Shown here piece by piece: positions 42,586-53,122 of a stretch of 64,000 bases of DNA. The notes beneath the pieces are model-generated. The model did no database searches and was not told where the DNA came from. It saw only the letters and a program-made list of their open reading frames with translations. The translations under genes were made by a program, and so were the position numbers. Location: the NCBI GenBank assembly GCA_965262715.1, contig OZ253553.1, positions 928,001-992,000 on the forward strand, written 5' to 3'. Source of the DNA: Bdellovibrionales bacterium (GTDB taxonomy: Bacteria; Bdellovibrionota; Bdellovibrionia; Bdellovibrionales; JAUICD01). Each line of letters opens with the position of its first letter. Within the stretch, counting starts at the first letter, position 1.

Positions 42586-43560
42586 ATGATCAATCATCAA
42601 TCAAATTTAGAGTTAAAAAAAGTGGATAAAGAAAAGGCTCTTTTGATAGATACAAATGTCATAGACCTTTTTAAGAAAGATCCATCAAAAATAAATGGTT
42701 TTTGTACAAAAGTGAACAGAATAGAAGCAGAGGTTTTTATATCTAGACGTCTTTTAGATGAAATAGCAGGAGAAAAATCATTTAAAAATGCACCCAAATC
42801 ATCTGTTTATGAAAATAATAGTTTCCAGAGACTGTCGATAATAAAAGAGATAAAAAAGAGTTCTCCTCTATACTTTTTAAGAGATCCTCAAAAACTTATC
42901 CTTTATGAAATAGAAGGAGACGGAGTGTCCAAAAAAGTTCCTATTTTTTCAGAAGACTGGATTGAGGTTTTTTTTAATAACTCAATAAATGCGCGTGAAT
43001 ATATACTTAAGACAAGTAAAGCTTATAATCAACGTAAGCCACAAATGGAAATTGAAAGAGATATTTCAAAAGATGGGATAAATAAAATAAAACAAACGCA
43101 TGAGCTACCTTATACTATTGATGATAAAATATATAACGACTTCATAAAAAACGGTTTCAAAAAAGAATCTCAATATTTTGATGTTCATGTAAGATCTCTT
43201 GTTTTTTATTTGTATAGAACTTTTACTTATTGCTTTGAGGAAAAGGTTACTGAAGAGGAATTTGTTAGGTATTCGGCTTTTTCAGAGGTAATAAAAAAGT
43301 CAATTTTAGAAAACAAAGAGAAATATCCTCGTATAAGAGCCTCTTTTATCATATCCTATTGTAGACAATTGAAATGGACCCGTCTTCTTTATAAACAATC
43401 TTTAATGGACAACGAGCTAACCGATCATCTTTTTTTAGGTTTTGCACTCTTTGTGAACTTTTTTATTACAAATGATGGAAAACTACAAAATAAATGCAAT
43501 GAACTTAGGAGTATTTTACCAATTTCAGTAATATCCTTTAATGATTGGGTGAATATTTAA
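42586..43560 (+). CDS. PIN-like domain protein
   Basis: LLIDTNV, LDEI, NELTD, FFITNDGKL acidic pattern; GAGGAG RBS. Confidence 0.6.
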   Translation: MINHQSNLELKKVDKEKALLIDTNVIDLFKKDPSKINGFCTKVNRIEAEVFISRRLLDEIAGEKSFKNAPKSSVYENNSFQRLSIIKEIKKSSPLYFLRDPQKLILYEIEGDGVSKKVPIFSEDWIEVFFNNSINAREYILKTSKAYNQRKPQMEIERDISKDGINKIKQTHELPYTIDDKIYNDFIKNGFKKESQYFDVHVRSLVFYLYRTFTYCFEEKVTEEEFVRYSAFSEVIKKSILENKEKYPRIRASFIISYCRQLKWTRLLYKQSLMDNELTDHLFLGFALFVNFFITNDGKLQNKCNELRSILPISVISFNDWVNI

Positions 43561-43574
43561 AAATAGAGTAATGT

Positions 43575-43640
43575 ATTTTTTCATAATTATAACAATAAGT
43601 TAACATCTATAAAAGTCAACTTAAGGTGTGGTGAACCTAG
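43575..43640 (-). mobile_element. IS1595-family left-end relic
   Basis: Reverse complement matches 28920-28985. Confidence 0.5.
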
Positions 43641-43667
43641 ATTTAAATCTCCAGAGTCATTTCTAAG

Positions 43668-44003
43668 TTAGTGGGTTTGTGTCTTAGATGAAAGGAATTT
43701 TAAGATTTTATCTACAAATTCATATTTAGGAGGAGGATGAGGCATAAGCATTTTCTCAAGACTTTTTTTAGAAAGGCCTGTCTTTTCTAGAATTTCTTTA
43801 TACTCACATTTATCTAATAAGATAGCTATGGCTCCTTGAAGTGTGTCATGGTCACCTTCAGAAAATGCTTCCATTATACATTCTTTTAATCCGGTCAGTG
43901 TAACATCGTCACCAGGGTTATAAGGATGCGCAAAAATTCTTTTTTTAGAATAAGTATCTTTTGAGGATCCTTTTTGCTTTTTGAATGTCTTTTTTTTGTT
44001 CAT
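43668..44003 (-). CDS. addiction module antidote (HTH antitoxin)
   Basis: EAFSEGD...ILEKTGLSKKSLEKML...PKYE; overlaps the upstream toxin gene. Confidence 0.75.
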   Translation of the reverse strand: MNKKKTFKKQKGSSKDTYSKKRIFAHPYNPGDDVTLTGLKECIMEAFSEGDHDTLQGAIAILLDKCEYKEILEKTGLSKKSLEKMLMPHPPPKYEFVDKILKFLSSKTQTH

Positions 44004-44252
44004 TTTTTAACCCTCCTAGTAAAATCAATACAAATTCGTTACTTTTAAGGCTTATCTTTTCAATTATAGAATAGTAAACACGTCGACCATTTTTCCATCG
44101 CAATTCCAGCAGTCCTTCAGCAAGCATCTTATGATCTCCAAAATAGCCATTACTTGTTATATGTTTTAGACGAGCATCTCTATTTGAGCTTTGGCTTTCT
44201 TTGTTTGGTTATTAAACCACTTTTCAAATTCAGGTGTTCGCTCGATTCTCAA
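43945..44252 (-). pseudogene. RelE/HigB-type addiction module toxin, frameshifted
   Basis: TPEFEKWF...AKAQI / ARL...GYFGDHK...LLELRWKNGRRVYY...LLGG; frameshift at ATAGAGATG near 44180. Confidence 0.8.
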
Positions 44253-44436
44253 GCTTTATGGCTCCTTATATAATAACTTTACCTGTAAGTTATCGATTAA
44301 TCAAGATTAAAGCCCAGGTCTCTTCGAAGTAAAAAAGTTATAGTTTAGAAAGATTTGTTGCATAAAGATTTAAGGTAAGAGCACTTAATCATTTATAGTT
44401 ATCTAAATTTTTAATGCCTACAAAGAAAGATTTTTA

Positions 44437-44513
44437 TGGCACGCCGAGGAGGACTTGAACCCCCAACCCTCAGATCCGAAGTCTGATGCTCTATCCAATT
44501 GAGCTATCGGCGC
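44437..44513 (-). tRNA. tRNA-Arg(TCG)
   Basis: Cloverleaf with anticodon arm TCAGA-CTTCGGA-TCTGA and CCA end. Confidence 0.95.
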
Positions 44514-44592
44514 TCACTTACGTTTATCATTAAGGAATTTTCATTGATGTAGCATTGTTATTGCAAAGCTTCAAATCCAAATAAAAGTCTCT

Positions 44593-45120
44593 TTAGTCCT
44601 TAATTACGTAATCCTTTGTGATTGGAAAATAGAAATCAGCAGCTGTTTTTAGATCATCAGATGTAGTTTCAGGCCATGACCAAATTTCTACACGACAACC
44701 TCTTGTTTTTAAATACCAAATCAGAGGAAGAAAATCCTTATCCCCACCAAGAATCACAGCCACGTCTATTTTGTCAGCAAGGGTGACAGCATCTATAATT
44801 AAAAAGCTGTCGGCATTTTTTTGAGGCTGACGCACTTCTGCTCCAATAGAGCTTAAAAAGTTTCTAAAAGTTTCACTGACATCTTTATAAATAGGTTTAT
44901 AGTAGAGAATACGCAGAATCTCTCTATCGCCCATTTGATCTAAGATTTTTCTATAATCTGTACGCCCTTCATGATGTTTTAAGCCAGACATTTCAATGTT
45001 TTCTGCATCGATAAACACTCCAACCCTTTGAAAAAGCAGAAAATTTTGTAAATCTGAATTGTAACTTCCTTTATTTTGGGTAATTTTTTTTGTTGTTGAT
45101 TTTTTTGAAATTGATAACAA
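44593..45120 (-). CDS. NYN domain protein (LabA/DUF88)
   Basis: VFIDAENI, KNAD, GGDKDFLP, LKTAADFY. Confidence 0.88.
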   Translation of the reverse strand: MLSISKKSTTKKITQNKGSYNSDLQNFLLFQRVGVFIDAENIEMSGLKHHEGRTDYRKILDQMGDREILRILYYKPIYKDVSETFRNFLSSIGAEVRQPQKNADSFLIIDAVTLADKIDVAVILGGDKDFLPLIWYLKTRGCRVEIWSWPETTSDDLKTAADFYFPITKDYVIKD

Positions 45121-45484
45121 GAGAAACCTCCTCCTATATGGTTTAGTGATATTTTGAAGCTACTATTTATAGGCTGAGTGAAATAAGTATTGTAGAGATA
45201 GCTTTTTATGGTCTTATGATAGTCCTCTACTAAGGGCCTATATATTGTTAGTAGTATATATTTAGATACCTTCATGTTTTATTTACCTTATATGTATTAT
45301 TATATTATTTTAACCATCTAAAAAAGCAACTTTTTTATTATATTAATAAATATTTAGTGGATAAATATCATAAGTTTCTTGAAATACTTTAAAACAACGA
45401 CCTACTTTCCCTTAAATAGCGAACTTTTTATAAAAGAGCATCAAAACAGCTCATTAAAGAGGTTTTAATAACAAAAAATAATAG

Positions 45485-45856
45485 CTATTTTGAATATTTT
45501 GCCGTGATAATAGCCTTAATATTGCCCCGAACATTAAAATCTCCTATCACTTCAATAGACCAGGGGTCCAAAGCCTTGACCAGGTCGTCTAAGATGATAT
45601 TTGTGACATCTTCATGAAAAATATGCTGATCCCTAAATCTATTGATATAAAATTTTAATGATTTTAGTTCTATACAAAATTTATCTGGAATATATTTAAT
45701 TTTTATTGTGGCAAAATCAGGAAAACCACTTCTAGGGCATAAACAAGTGAATTCAGGGCATTCAAAATCAATTGTGTATTTTCGATGCATATTTCGATTT
45801 TCAAACACTTCTAATTTTGAGGCCTCAATAAGTTTTTGGCCATATAATTCGTTCAT
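45485..45856 (-). CDS. queF: preQ0 reductase, QueF type 1
   Basis: EFTCLCPRSGFPDFA, IELKSLKFY, FHED, FNVRGNI. Confidence 0.95.
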   Translation of the reverse strand: MNELYGQKLIEASKLEVFENRNMHRKYTIDFECPEFTCLCPRSGFPDFATIKIKYIPDKFCIELKSLKFYINRFRDQHIFHEDVTNIILDDLVKALDPWSIEVIGDFNVRGNIKAIITAKYSK

Positions 45857-45962
45857 AAGCTTAGGACCTCATAGTTGGGGTATAGACTTTTTGATTTTTT
45901 TTATTTATACTGAGAGTATATACATTGTTTCTTGTTTTTGTTGAATTAAAAACTGGAGATTT

Positions 45963-46712
45963 TTGATGAAACCAAAACACACAAGATCAGGTCCAATTCA
46001 TATTATAATTCACAATATCATAGCAGCCAGTTTTTTTGTGCTAGGCGCGATAGGTATTGTATTCTCATCTCTACCTTCTGCATATATTAAAATGGCAAGG
46101 CAGAGCACTTATATCATTCCTCCTAAGGAAATGGTGCATTTTTCCTTTGGTTTCGAAGAGGCATTTGCATCTTTGATGTGGGTGCGTCTGCTTCAAGATA
46201 TCGATATTTGTGAGCAAAGCCAGAACCCAGCATCTTATAACTCAGCCACAACTATAGAAGAAATCTTAGATGCTGAAATAGCAGAGTCCAGATGCAATGA
46301 GGGTTGGGTTTATCACATGCTGGACCGAATTACAGATTTTTCTCCTAAATTCTTATATGCTTATGTCCATGGAGGATTATTGCTGAGTGTTGTTGTAGAT
46401 GATAGGGAAGGAGCTCGTCAAATTTTTGAAAAAGGGCTAAAAATGTTTCCAGACCATTATAATTTAAATTATCACGCAGCATATCATTATTTAGCTGAAA
46501 TTAGAGAACCTGGAAGAGCTGCTCAGCTGATGAAGAAAACACATGAATTAGGTGGTCCTGCATGGCTTTCTCTATCAGCTGCCCGTCTTTTTGCAGAAGA
46601 TGGTATGAAAGAAGCTGGCATTATGTTGCTCAATGAACTCATAGAAACAAATACTGATCCTGAGTTTGTAGAGGCTGCTCGAGAAAGACTTAATAAAATG
46701 ATCAGAGAGTAA
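45963..46712 (+). CDS. membrane-anchored TPR-like hypothetical protein
   Basis: N-terminal TM helix and helical repeats (ARQIFEKGLKMFPD). Confidence 0.55.
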   Translation: MMKPKHTRSGPIHIIIHNIIAASFFVLGAIGIVFSSLPSAYIKMARQSTYIIPPKEMVHFSFGFEEAFASLMWVRLLQDIDICEQSQNPASYNSATTIEEILDAEIAESRCNEGWVYHMLDRITDFSPKFLYAYVHGGLLLSVVVDDREGARQIFEKGLKMFPDHYNLNYHAAYHYLAEIREPGRAAQLMKKTHELGGPAWLSLSAARLFAEDGMKEAGIMLLNELIETNTDPEFVEAARERLNKMIRE

Positions 46713-46841
46713 TGAACTTTAAGAAACCAAAATAAATTGAACCTATTTACAGCTAACTATTTGCTATACTCAATCAAACAATCCAAATAATATAATAATT
46801 TATGGTTACTGATAGCAGATACAGATTGTCTGCTTCCTGGT

Positions 46842-46986
46842 TTACCGAAGTCCCTTGTAGCACAAAGGACTTAATAAGATATAACTTGTAACTTCAATAT
46901 GTTATCTCGAAATGGCAACAGCCCTTTGTGTTACCAAATACTTTTTCAAACAATCAGGAAACCTGCGCTGCAAAGGACTTCGGTAA
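46842..46986. repeat. 145-bp element with 20-bp terminal inverted repeats
   Basis: TTACCGAAGTCCCTTGTAGC / GCTGCAAAGGACTTCGGTAA. Confidence 0.6.
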
Positions 46987-47066
46987 CACTTTATATTAAA
47001 CATACCTCTATTTCTATTAATTTTTCTAATGAAAGAAGAGTTAATTATTAGAAAAATTATTTGTTA

Positions 47067-47384
47067 TTACCCTAACTGTTTGATTTTAACTATATTATCG
47101 ACATCTTGTTTTTGAGTATCTTCTATACATTTAATTTTTGAATTATATGTTTCAAAGATTTTTTGCTCTAAATAGCTTCTAATATCTTGATTGAGAGGGT
47201 GAATAATGTCACGAAATGAACCATTTTTGCATTTCTTACTAGGCATTGCTACAAATAAACGTTCGCTATTACCTTTAATAATTTTAATATCACGAATAAC
47301 CAAAGAATCCTCAATCACGATAGTGACATAAGCCTTAAGCCTTTCTTCCTCTATAGGGAAAATTTTTACAGATGTAATATTCAT
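47067..47384 (-). CDS. spoVG: SpoVG family nucleic-acid-binding protein
   Basis: MNITSVKI, LKAYVTI, LFVAMPSKK, FRDIIHP. Confidence 0.93.
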   Translation of the reverse strand: MNITSVKIFPIEEERLKAYVTIVIEDSLVIRDIKIIKGNSERLFVAMPSKKCKNGSFRDIIHPLNQDIRSYLEQKIFETYNSKIKCIEDTQKQDVDNIVKIKQLG

Positions 47385-47749
47385 AGAGCTATCTCCTTAT
47401 TGATTGTTAATTACCTTCTAGTCATTCACTAATAATCCTATAAAGTTTTTCTGCCTTTCATAAACTTACAAATGAAAAAATTTACGACTTCACTATTTAA
47501 GAGAATTTTTATCCCCTATTGTTTCTTAACGGCAACCTGGACTGAAGATTTAATAGCTAGACCATTTATTTTTACATTTTTTTTAAAAAAATATTTTCAT
47601 GCCATCTTTTTTGAATATTTTGTTTTATATTGAAACGATAGCTATCAGAAGTGGATTTTTTACAAATCAAAAATTCTATGTTTATTATGATCTACAGATT
47701 GCCTTAACGAAAGTTTTAGGACATGATACATTTATAGTGGGATTTAATT

Positions 47750-47824
47750 TGGGGTATAGCCAAGCGGTAAGGCAATGGGTTTTGATCCCATCATGCGCAG
47801 GTTCAAATCCTGCTACCCCATCCA
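47750..47824 (+). tRNA. tRNA-Gln(TTG)
   Basis: Acceptor stem TGGGGTA/TACCCCA, anticodon arm ATGGG-TTTTGAT-CCCAT, CCA end. Confidence 0.96.
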
Positions 47825-47871
47825 ATTGATTTTCTCTTAAAATCCAAAAACTTAACAAAAAAGGAAATCAA

Positions 47872-48732
47872 ATGACAGAAAAGAAACATCCAGATTTATA
47901 TGTAGAAGAAAGATATAAAGACTGGATCACCTTACGTTATGATATTAAAAAAGTTCTTTTCTCTCAAAAAAGTGGATTCCAACACATTCAGGTTGTTGAA
48001 ACAAATGGGTTTGGAAAAATGCTTTTAAATGATAATATTGTGATGGTTTCTGAGATGGATGAGTTTGTTTACCATGACATGATTGCACATGTTCCTTTGT
48101 TTGTTCATCCTTGTCCAAAAGATGTTTTAATTATTGGTGGTGGAGATGGAGGAACAGTGAGAGAAGTCTTACGGCACCCAACAGTACAAAATTGCACTCT
48201 TGTAGAGATTGATGGCCTCGTGATAGAAACTTGTAAAAAATTCCTTCCACAACTTTCTTCAAAGCTTGATGATGATCGCGTAACCGTTCATGTTGCAGAT
48301 GGTGCAAAATATGTGAAAGAAACCTCTAAACATTTTGATGTTGTAATTGTAGATTCTACAGACCCATTAGGCCCATCTCTATCTTTATTCAATAATGAAT
48401 TTTATCAAAATGTATATCGCATATTAAATGACGATGGTATAGTCGTATCTCAATGCGAGTCTCCTTTTTTAGAAGCAGAAATGCAAAGATCAATTATACA
48501 AATACTTCATACATATTTTCCAATCGTGAGTATTTATAATTATACAAACTTAACTTATAACGGAATGTGGTCCTTTGCATGGGGTTCTAAAAAACACCAT
48601 CCTACAAGAGATTATAATTCAAACAGAACAGAGGGATGGAGTTTTTCCTATTATAATGCTGATATACACACTGCAGCTTTTGTACTTCCAACGTTTATGC
48701 AAAAAGATCTCAAAGATTATTTAAAAAATTAA
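47872..48732 (+). CDS. speE: spermidine synthase
   Basis: VLIIGGGDGG, LVEID, DVVIVDSTDP. Confidence 0.95.
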   Translation: MTEKKHPDLYVEERYKDWITLRYDIKKVLFSQKSGFQHIQVVETNGFGKMLLNDNIVMVSEMDEFVYHDMIAHVPLFVHPCPKDVLIIGGGDGGTVREVLRHPTVQNCTLVEIDGLVIETCKKFLPQLSSKLDDDRVTVHVADGAKYVKETSKHFDVVIVDSTDPLGPSLSLFNNEFYQNVYRILNDDGIVVSQCESPFLEAEMQRSIIQILHTYFPIVSIYNYTNLTYNGMWSFAWGSKKHHPTRDYNSNRTEGWSFSYYNADIHTAAFVLPTFMQKDLKDYLKN

Positions 48733-48792
48733 ATGCTTAAAAAGGTATCTTACTTTAAAATAGACCCAGAATAAAAAATAGAGAGAGATGCT

Positions 48793-49899
48793 ATGATTGA
48801 TCAGATCACTATTAAAGGATTCAAAAGTATCAATAGTATTGAAAGTTTGAAACTCAATCCGATAAATATACTCATTGGTCCTAATGGCTCTGGTAAATCC
48901 AACTTTATCGGTGCTTTTTCATTCCTTAATTTCATAGGGAGAAAAAAACTTCAAGAGTATGTATCTAGACAAGGAGGAGCTAATCGTATATTGCATTTTG
49001 GCACAAAGAAAACAGAACGTATGGATTTTCATATTTGGTTTAAGATTAAAGAAGAAGAAGTATCCTATAGAAGTGAATTTCACTCAACTCAAGATGACAA
49101 TATTGTCCTTTTAGGACAAGTCATCCCAGGTCTACCTCTTTCTGAAGGTTATAGATATCTAGTAGACACTACTACGGAAGAATCAATCAAAATAAAAAAA
49201 AGAGTTGATAAGGTCCATAACTATCTTAAACAATTTTGTGTTTATCAATTTCATGATACAAGTTCTACTTCACCTATAAAAACAACAACAGATTTGCATG
49301 ACAATCACCAATTACGTCTTGATGGTTCTAATCTTGCGGCATTTTTATACCTTTTAAGAGAAAAATATAAATCTTCTTATGATCTTATACGAAAAACAGT
49401 GCAAAAAATTGCTCCATTTTTTGATGATTTTCAGCTTGCCCCGCAAAAATTAAATCCAAATAAAATCCGTCTAGAATGGCAACATATTGGAACAGAAGCC
49501 TATTTTGATGCATCCTCCCTTTCAGATGGCTCATTAAGGTTTATGGCTCTTGCTACTTTATTGCTGCAACCTGAAGAGCTGCAACCCTCTACCATCCTTT
49601 TAGACGAGCCTGAGCTGGGTTTACATCCACGTGCTATGACAATGTTAGCCTCACTTATCAAACAAGCTTCAGTTAATAAGCAAATCATACTAGCCACTCA
49701 ATCATCCCTTCTTTTAGATAACTTCGAACCAAAGGATGTATTGGTCGCAAATCGTGTTAATGGAGGAACTACATTAACAAGGTTAAATAGTGAAGATCTA
49801 AAGAATTGGTTAGAAGATTACAGTCTCGGCCAGCTTTGGGAAAAAAATGAACTAGGCGGCTGCCCTATTTCTGAAAAACCAAAAACAGAGCCTAATTAG
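48793..49899 (+). CDS. AAA_21/ABC-type ATPase
   Basis: GPNGSGKSN, LSDGS, LLDEPELGLHP, ATQS. Confidence 0.9.
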   Translation: MIDQITIKGFKSINSIESLKLNPINILIGPNGSGKSNFIGAFSFLNFIGRKKLQEYVSRQGGANRILHFGTKKTERMDFHIWFKIKEEEVSYRSEFHSTQDDNIVLLGQVIPGLPLSEGYRYLVDTTTEESIKIKKRVDKVHNYLKQFCVYQFHDTSSTSPIKTTTDLHDNHQLRLDGSNLAAFLYLLREKYKSSYDLIRKTVQKIAPFFDDFQLAPQKLNPNKIRLEWQHIGTEAYFDASSLSDGSLRFMALATLLLQPEELQPSTILLDEPELGLHPRAMTMLASLIKQASVNKQIILATQSSLLLDNFEPKDVLVANRVNGGTTLTRLNSEDLKNWLEDYSLGQLWEKNELGGCPISEKPKTEPN

Positions 49900-49900
49900 A

Positions 49901-50573
49901 ATGAGAAGGTTACTCATCCATGTAGAAGGAGAAAGTGAAGAAAACTTTGTTAATAATCTGCTAGCTCCTAAACTTTATTCTGTTGATTCTTCTGATATCT
50001 CTGCTCGCCTGATAGGTAATGCGCGTTTGCGCGTGGAGGCATCACATCATGGAAAATCGCTCAAAAAGAGATTATAAATCATTTAAAAGAAGATAGAAAT
50101 TGCATAGTTACACAATGATTGATTATTATGGATTACCAAATGATTGGCCTATGAGAAAAGAGTCTACTAACTTAGCTCTTTCTCATAAAGCGTCTACAAT
50201 TGAACAAGCACTTTTAGAAGATATTAGCCAGTTAATGGGTGATAATTTTGATAAAAATCGATTTATTCCATACATAATGATGCATGAGTTTGAAGCCTTG
50301 CTTTTTAGCAATTGCCAAAAATTTGCAGAAGGAATTCAAAAGCCAGAGCTAGCATCAACATTTCAAAAAATAAGAGATAAATTTGCAACTCCAGAGGAAA
50401 TTGACGATTCTCCTGAAGGCGCACCTTCAAAGCGTATAAAGTCAATTCTTCCTAATTACGAGAAACTATCAATGGGAGGACTTGCAATAGAAGAAATCGG
50501 GCTTTTGCAGATGCGAAAAGGTTGTTCACATTTTGATGATTGGCTGAAAAGTTTGAAGAAATGTACAAGTTAA
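49901..50573 (+). pseudogene. DUF4276 (TOPRIM-like) protein with two frameshifts
   Basis: HVEGESEE, GGITSW, MIDYYGLP, HEFEALLF, PSKR spread over different frames; shifts near 50032 and 50112. Confidence 0.8.
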
Positions 50574-50709
50574 TTGGACGACCATCAGATTGAAGTTGAG
50601 AGACTCAAATAAAAGGGTTAATTGGAAATTGACTGAAAATTGTTAGCCTTTTCAAAACTCAACATATACCTGTGAAGTTTTAACAAACTAGTTAAATTAA
50701 GCAATTTAA

Positions 50710-50810
50710 AGGTTTAACCCTTATGTCAAAAAGACGAGTTCTTCCGCAGAGCAATCGCTTACAAGCGATTGCTCGAGGACTACGAGGCTTTGGCATAAGG
50801 ATTAAACCTT
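50710..50810. repeat. palindromic element (family 2)
   Basis: AGGTTTAACCCTTATGTCAAA...GCAATCGCTTACAAGCGATTGC...TTTGGCATAAGGATTAAACCT. Confidence 0.7.
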
Positions 50811-50964
50811 GCGCTTGCTCAAAAATTGAGAATCACCTAGAGGTAAGGGGCCCATCCCTCAAAAAAACATTAAGTTATCAAATATGATTTTGATAATATC
50901 CACTTAAGTTTGCTAAATAGCAAAGAAGGTGCAAGTAACATTGCGTAATAGGAATAAGAAAAGG

Positions 50965-52278
50965 CTAAATATCTGTAAAATTAAGAGGCTGACCACAGGG
51001 TGTGCCTATGATTTCTTCTTCCCATAGGGCTATTTTACCTCCAATGACTGAAGATATAGGCCAGCCACAAACCTTCATACCATCATAGGGGGTCCATTTG
51101 CAAATGCTCTCTATCCAATCATTGGTAATAGTTTTTTGTTTTTTAAGGTCCACAATGGTTAAATTAGCCAACTGACCAGGTCCTATATGCCCCATACCTT
51201 GAAGGTTGTAAATTTTTGCAGGATTGATACATAAAAACTCAACGAGCCGGTGCAAACTTAATTTATCTTTTGAATGCATGTTCAACAGTAGAGGCAATAG
51301 AGTTTGTACACCTGGCATACCTGATGGAGATTGAGGATAGGGCTTTTGTTTTTCGCTTAAAAGATGAGGGGCATGATCTGATCCTATCACATCTACGGTA
51401 CCATCATTGACAGCCTTCCATAGACGTTCTTGGTGCTGCTTAGAGCGAATAGGAGGATTCATTTGAATCAAGCTTCCAAGACGATCATAGTCCTCTGGAA
51501 AAGCAAATACCAAGTGTTGTGGAAGGATTTCAACAGTGACTAAAGAGCCTTTATTTTTTTGAAGATAATCCATCTCCTGAGCTGTAGTGATATGTAAAAC
51601 ATGAATCTTTCTTTTAAAAGATTTAGCAAGCTCAACAATACGCTTGGTGGCTATAAAAGCTGTCTGCTCATTCCTCCACTCAGGATGAAAATGGCTTGTG
51701 GCATTTGGAGGGATAAGTTTTTGTCTCTCATTTAATAATTCCTCATCTTCACAATGAAAAGCCATACGCCTTTGTGTGACTTGCAATATTTTTTCAAGGT
51801 CTTTTTTTTGATGAACACAAAGACCACCAGTGGATTTTCCAAGGAATACTTTAACTCCACAACAACCTGGCAATTTTTCTAAATCACCTAATTGTTCTAT
51901 ATTAATTGGGAGACAACCCATAAAAAGAGCAAAATCTACCCAAGAAGTGATTTGCTTTTTCTTCATTTCATAAGCTTCTTTACTGATAATAGGAGGTAGC
52001 GTGTTTGGCATGTCAAAAACAGCTGTCACCCCACCTTTTAAAGCTGCTCTTGAACCTGCTTCAAAGGTTTCCTTATGAGTAAGTCCTGGCTGTCTAAAGT
52101 GGACTTGACTGTCTATAACACCAGGTAAAACAGTTAATCCTCTTAAGTCTCTCTCCTCTTTTGCATGAAGGTTACTGGGATGAATAGCAGATATCTTACC
52201 ATTTGATATACCAAGACAACCTTTTTCAATTTTGCCTTGAACATAAATATCTGCATTTTTAAGAAGTAAATCAAACAT
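50965..52278 (-). CDS. pyrC: dihydroorotase
   Basis: PGVIDSQVHFRQPG, DMPNT, HCED, MNPPIR, SDHAPH. Confidence 0.93.
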   Translation of the reverse strand: MFDLLLKNADIYVQGKIEKGCLGISNGKISAIHPSNLHAKEERDLRGLTVLPGVIDSQVHFRQPGLTHKETFEAGSRAALKGGVTAVFDMPNTLPPIISKEAYEMKKKQITSWVDFALFMGCLPINIEQLGDLEKLPGCCGVKVFLGKSTGGLCVHQKKDLEKILQVTQRRMAFHCEDEELLNERQKLIPPNATSHFHPEWRNEQTAFIATKRIVELAKSFKRKIHVLHITTAQEMDYLQKNKGSLVTVEILPQHLVFAFPEDYDRLGSLIQMNPPIRSKQHQERLWKAVNDGTVDVIGSDHAPHLLSEKQKPYPQSPSGMPGVQTLLPLLLNMHSKDKLSLHRLVEFLCINPAKIYNLQGMGHIGPGQLANLTIVDLKKQKTITNDWIESICKWTPYDGMKVCGWPISSVIGGKIALWEEEIIGTPCGQPLNFTDI

Positions 52279-52417
52279 AATTTGTTGGCTCTTAAATTTT
52301 AATTATTAAATTGAACTAACTAAGTAAACTATATATAACTATAAATAAATAAATACAATAACAAAAAAATAGATAAATATATTAAAAGCTGTTTAATTTT
52401 CTTTAAAAAAGGAGTAG

Positions 52418-53065
52418 ATGATGTTCACTTTCAATCAATTAAAAAAAATATTATTACTTGGCAGTTTAGTTTTAATAAGCAATTCTCAATTTGCTTACAG
52501 TAATATTGAGCTTTCGTTTAACTTTGGTAAAAAGTTTCAAGAAGATGGTGCTTTTAAGGGAGGATATGATCTTTTATATAGAATCCCTATAAATGAAATT
52601 TCTAGTGCGGCCTTAGGTTTAAGATTTGACACTCTTCAAAAATACAATAAATCACTACCAGATCGTACACATATTTTATTCACCTTTTTAACAAACTATA
52701 GATTACATATAACAGAATCCTTCTTCGCAGGAGCAATTGCCGGTATAGATATTATGAAAACATATACATTGTCCGATTCTATAAAAGTGAATGATGATGT
52801 AATTCTACTTGGAGCTTTATCGACCAATGAATACTTATGGAATAGATTCACTGCTGAAATGGGCATAGAACTTGGTTATCAAGCAGACTCTGGATTTTTA
52901 ATGAAATTAGAACTTGGCTATGATTTATTGTCCTTTAGGTGTATAGGAGATATAAAAGTTAGTACAGATGCTATTATTATAGATCCTTCTGAGGACAATG
53001 GTGAGGATTGCACCAAAAAATTTAATGGGGTTTATGCAACGCTGGGAATAGGCTATCACTTTTAA
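52418..53065 (+). CDS. outer-membrane beta-barrel protein, paralogue of 37743-38429
   Basis: Shared FGKKFQ.DGA, LMKLE.GYDLLSF and KFNGVYAT.G.GYHF. Confidence 0.85.
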   Translation: MMFTFNQLKKILLLGSLVLISNSQFAYSNIELSFNFGKKFQEDGAFKGGYDLLYRIPINEISSAALGLRFDTLQKYNKSLPDRTHILFTFLTNYRLHITESFFAGAIAGIDIMKTYTLSDSIKVNDDVILLGALSTNEYLWNRFTAEMGIELGYQADSGFLMKLELGYDLLSFRCIGDIKVSTDAIIIDPSEDNGEDCTKKFNGVYATLGIGYHF

Positions 53066-53122
53066 ATGCCTTCTAATTTAAGTTAAAATTTTAAAATTAA
53101 GAGGTTTAAAAAGTTTTTACAT

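Noticed and set aside
47599..47829. 76-aa ORF
   Set aside because: It overlaps tRNA-Gln and its promoter
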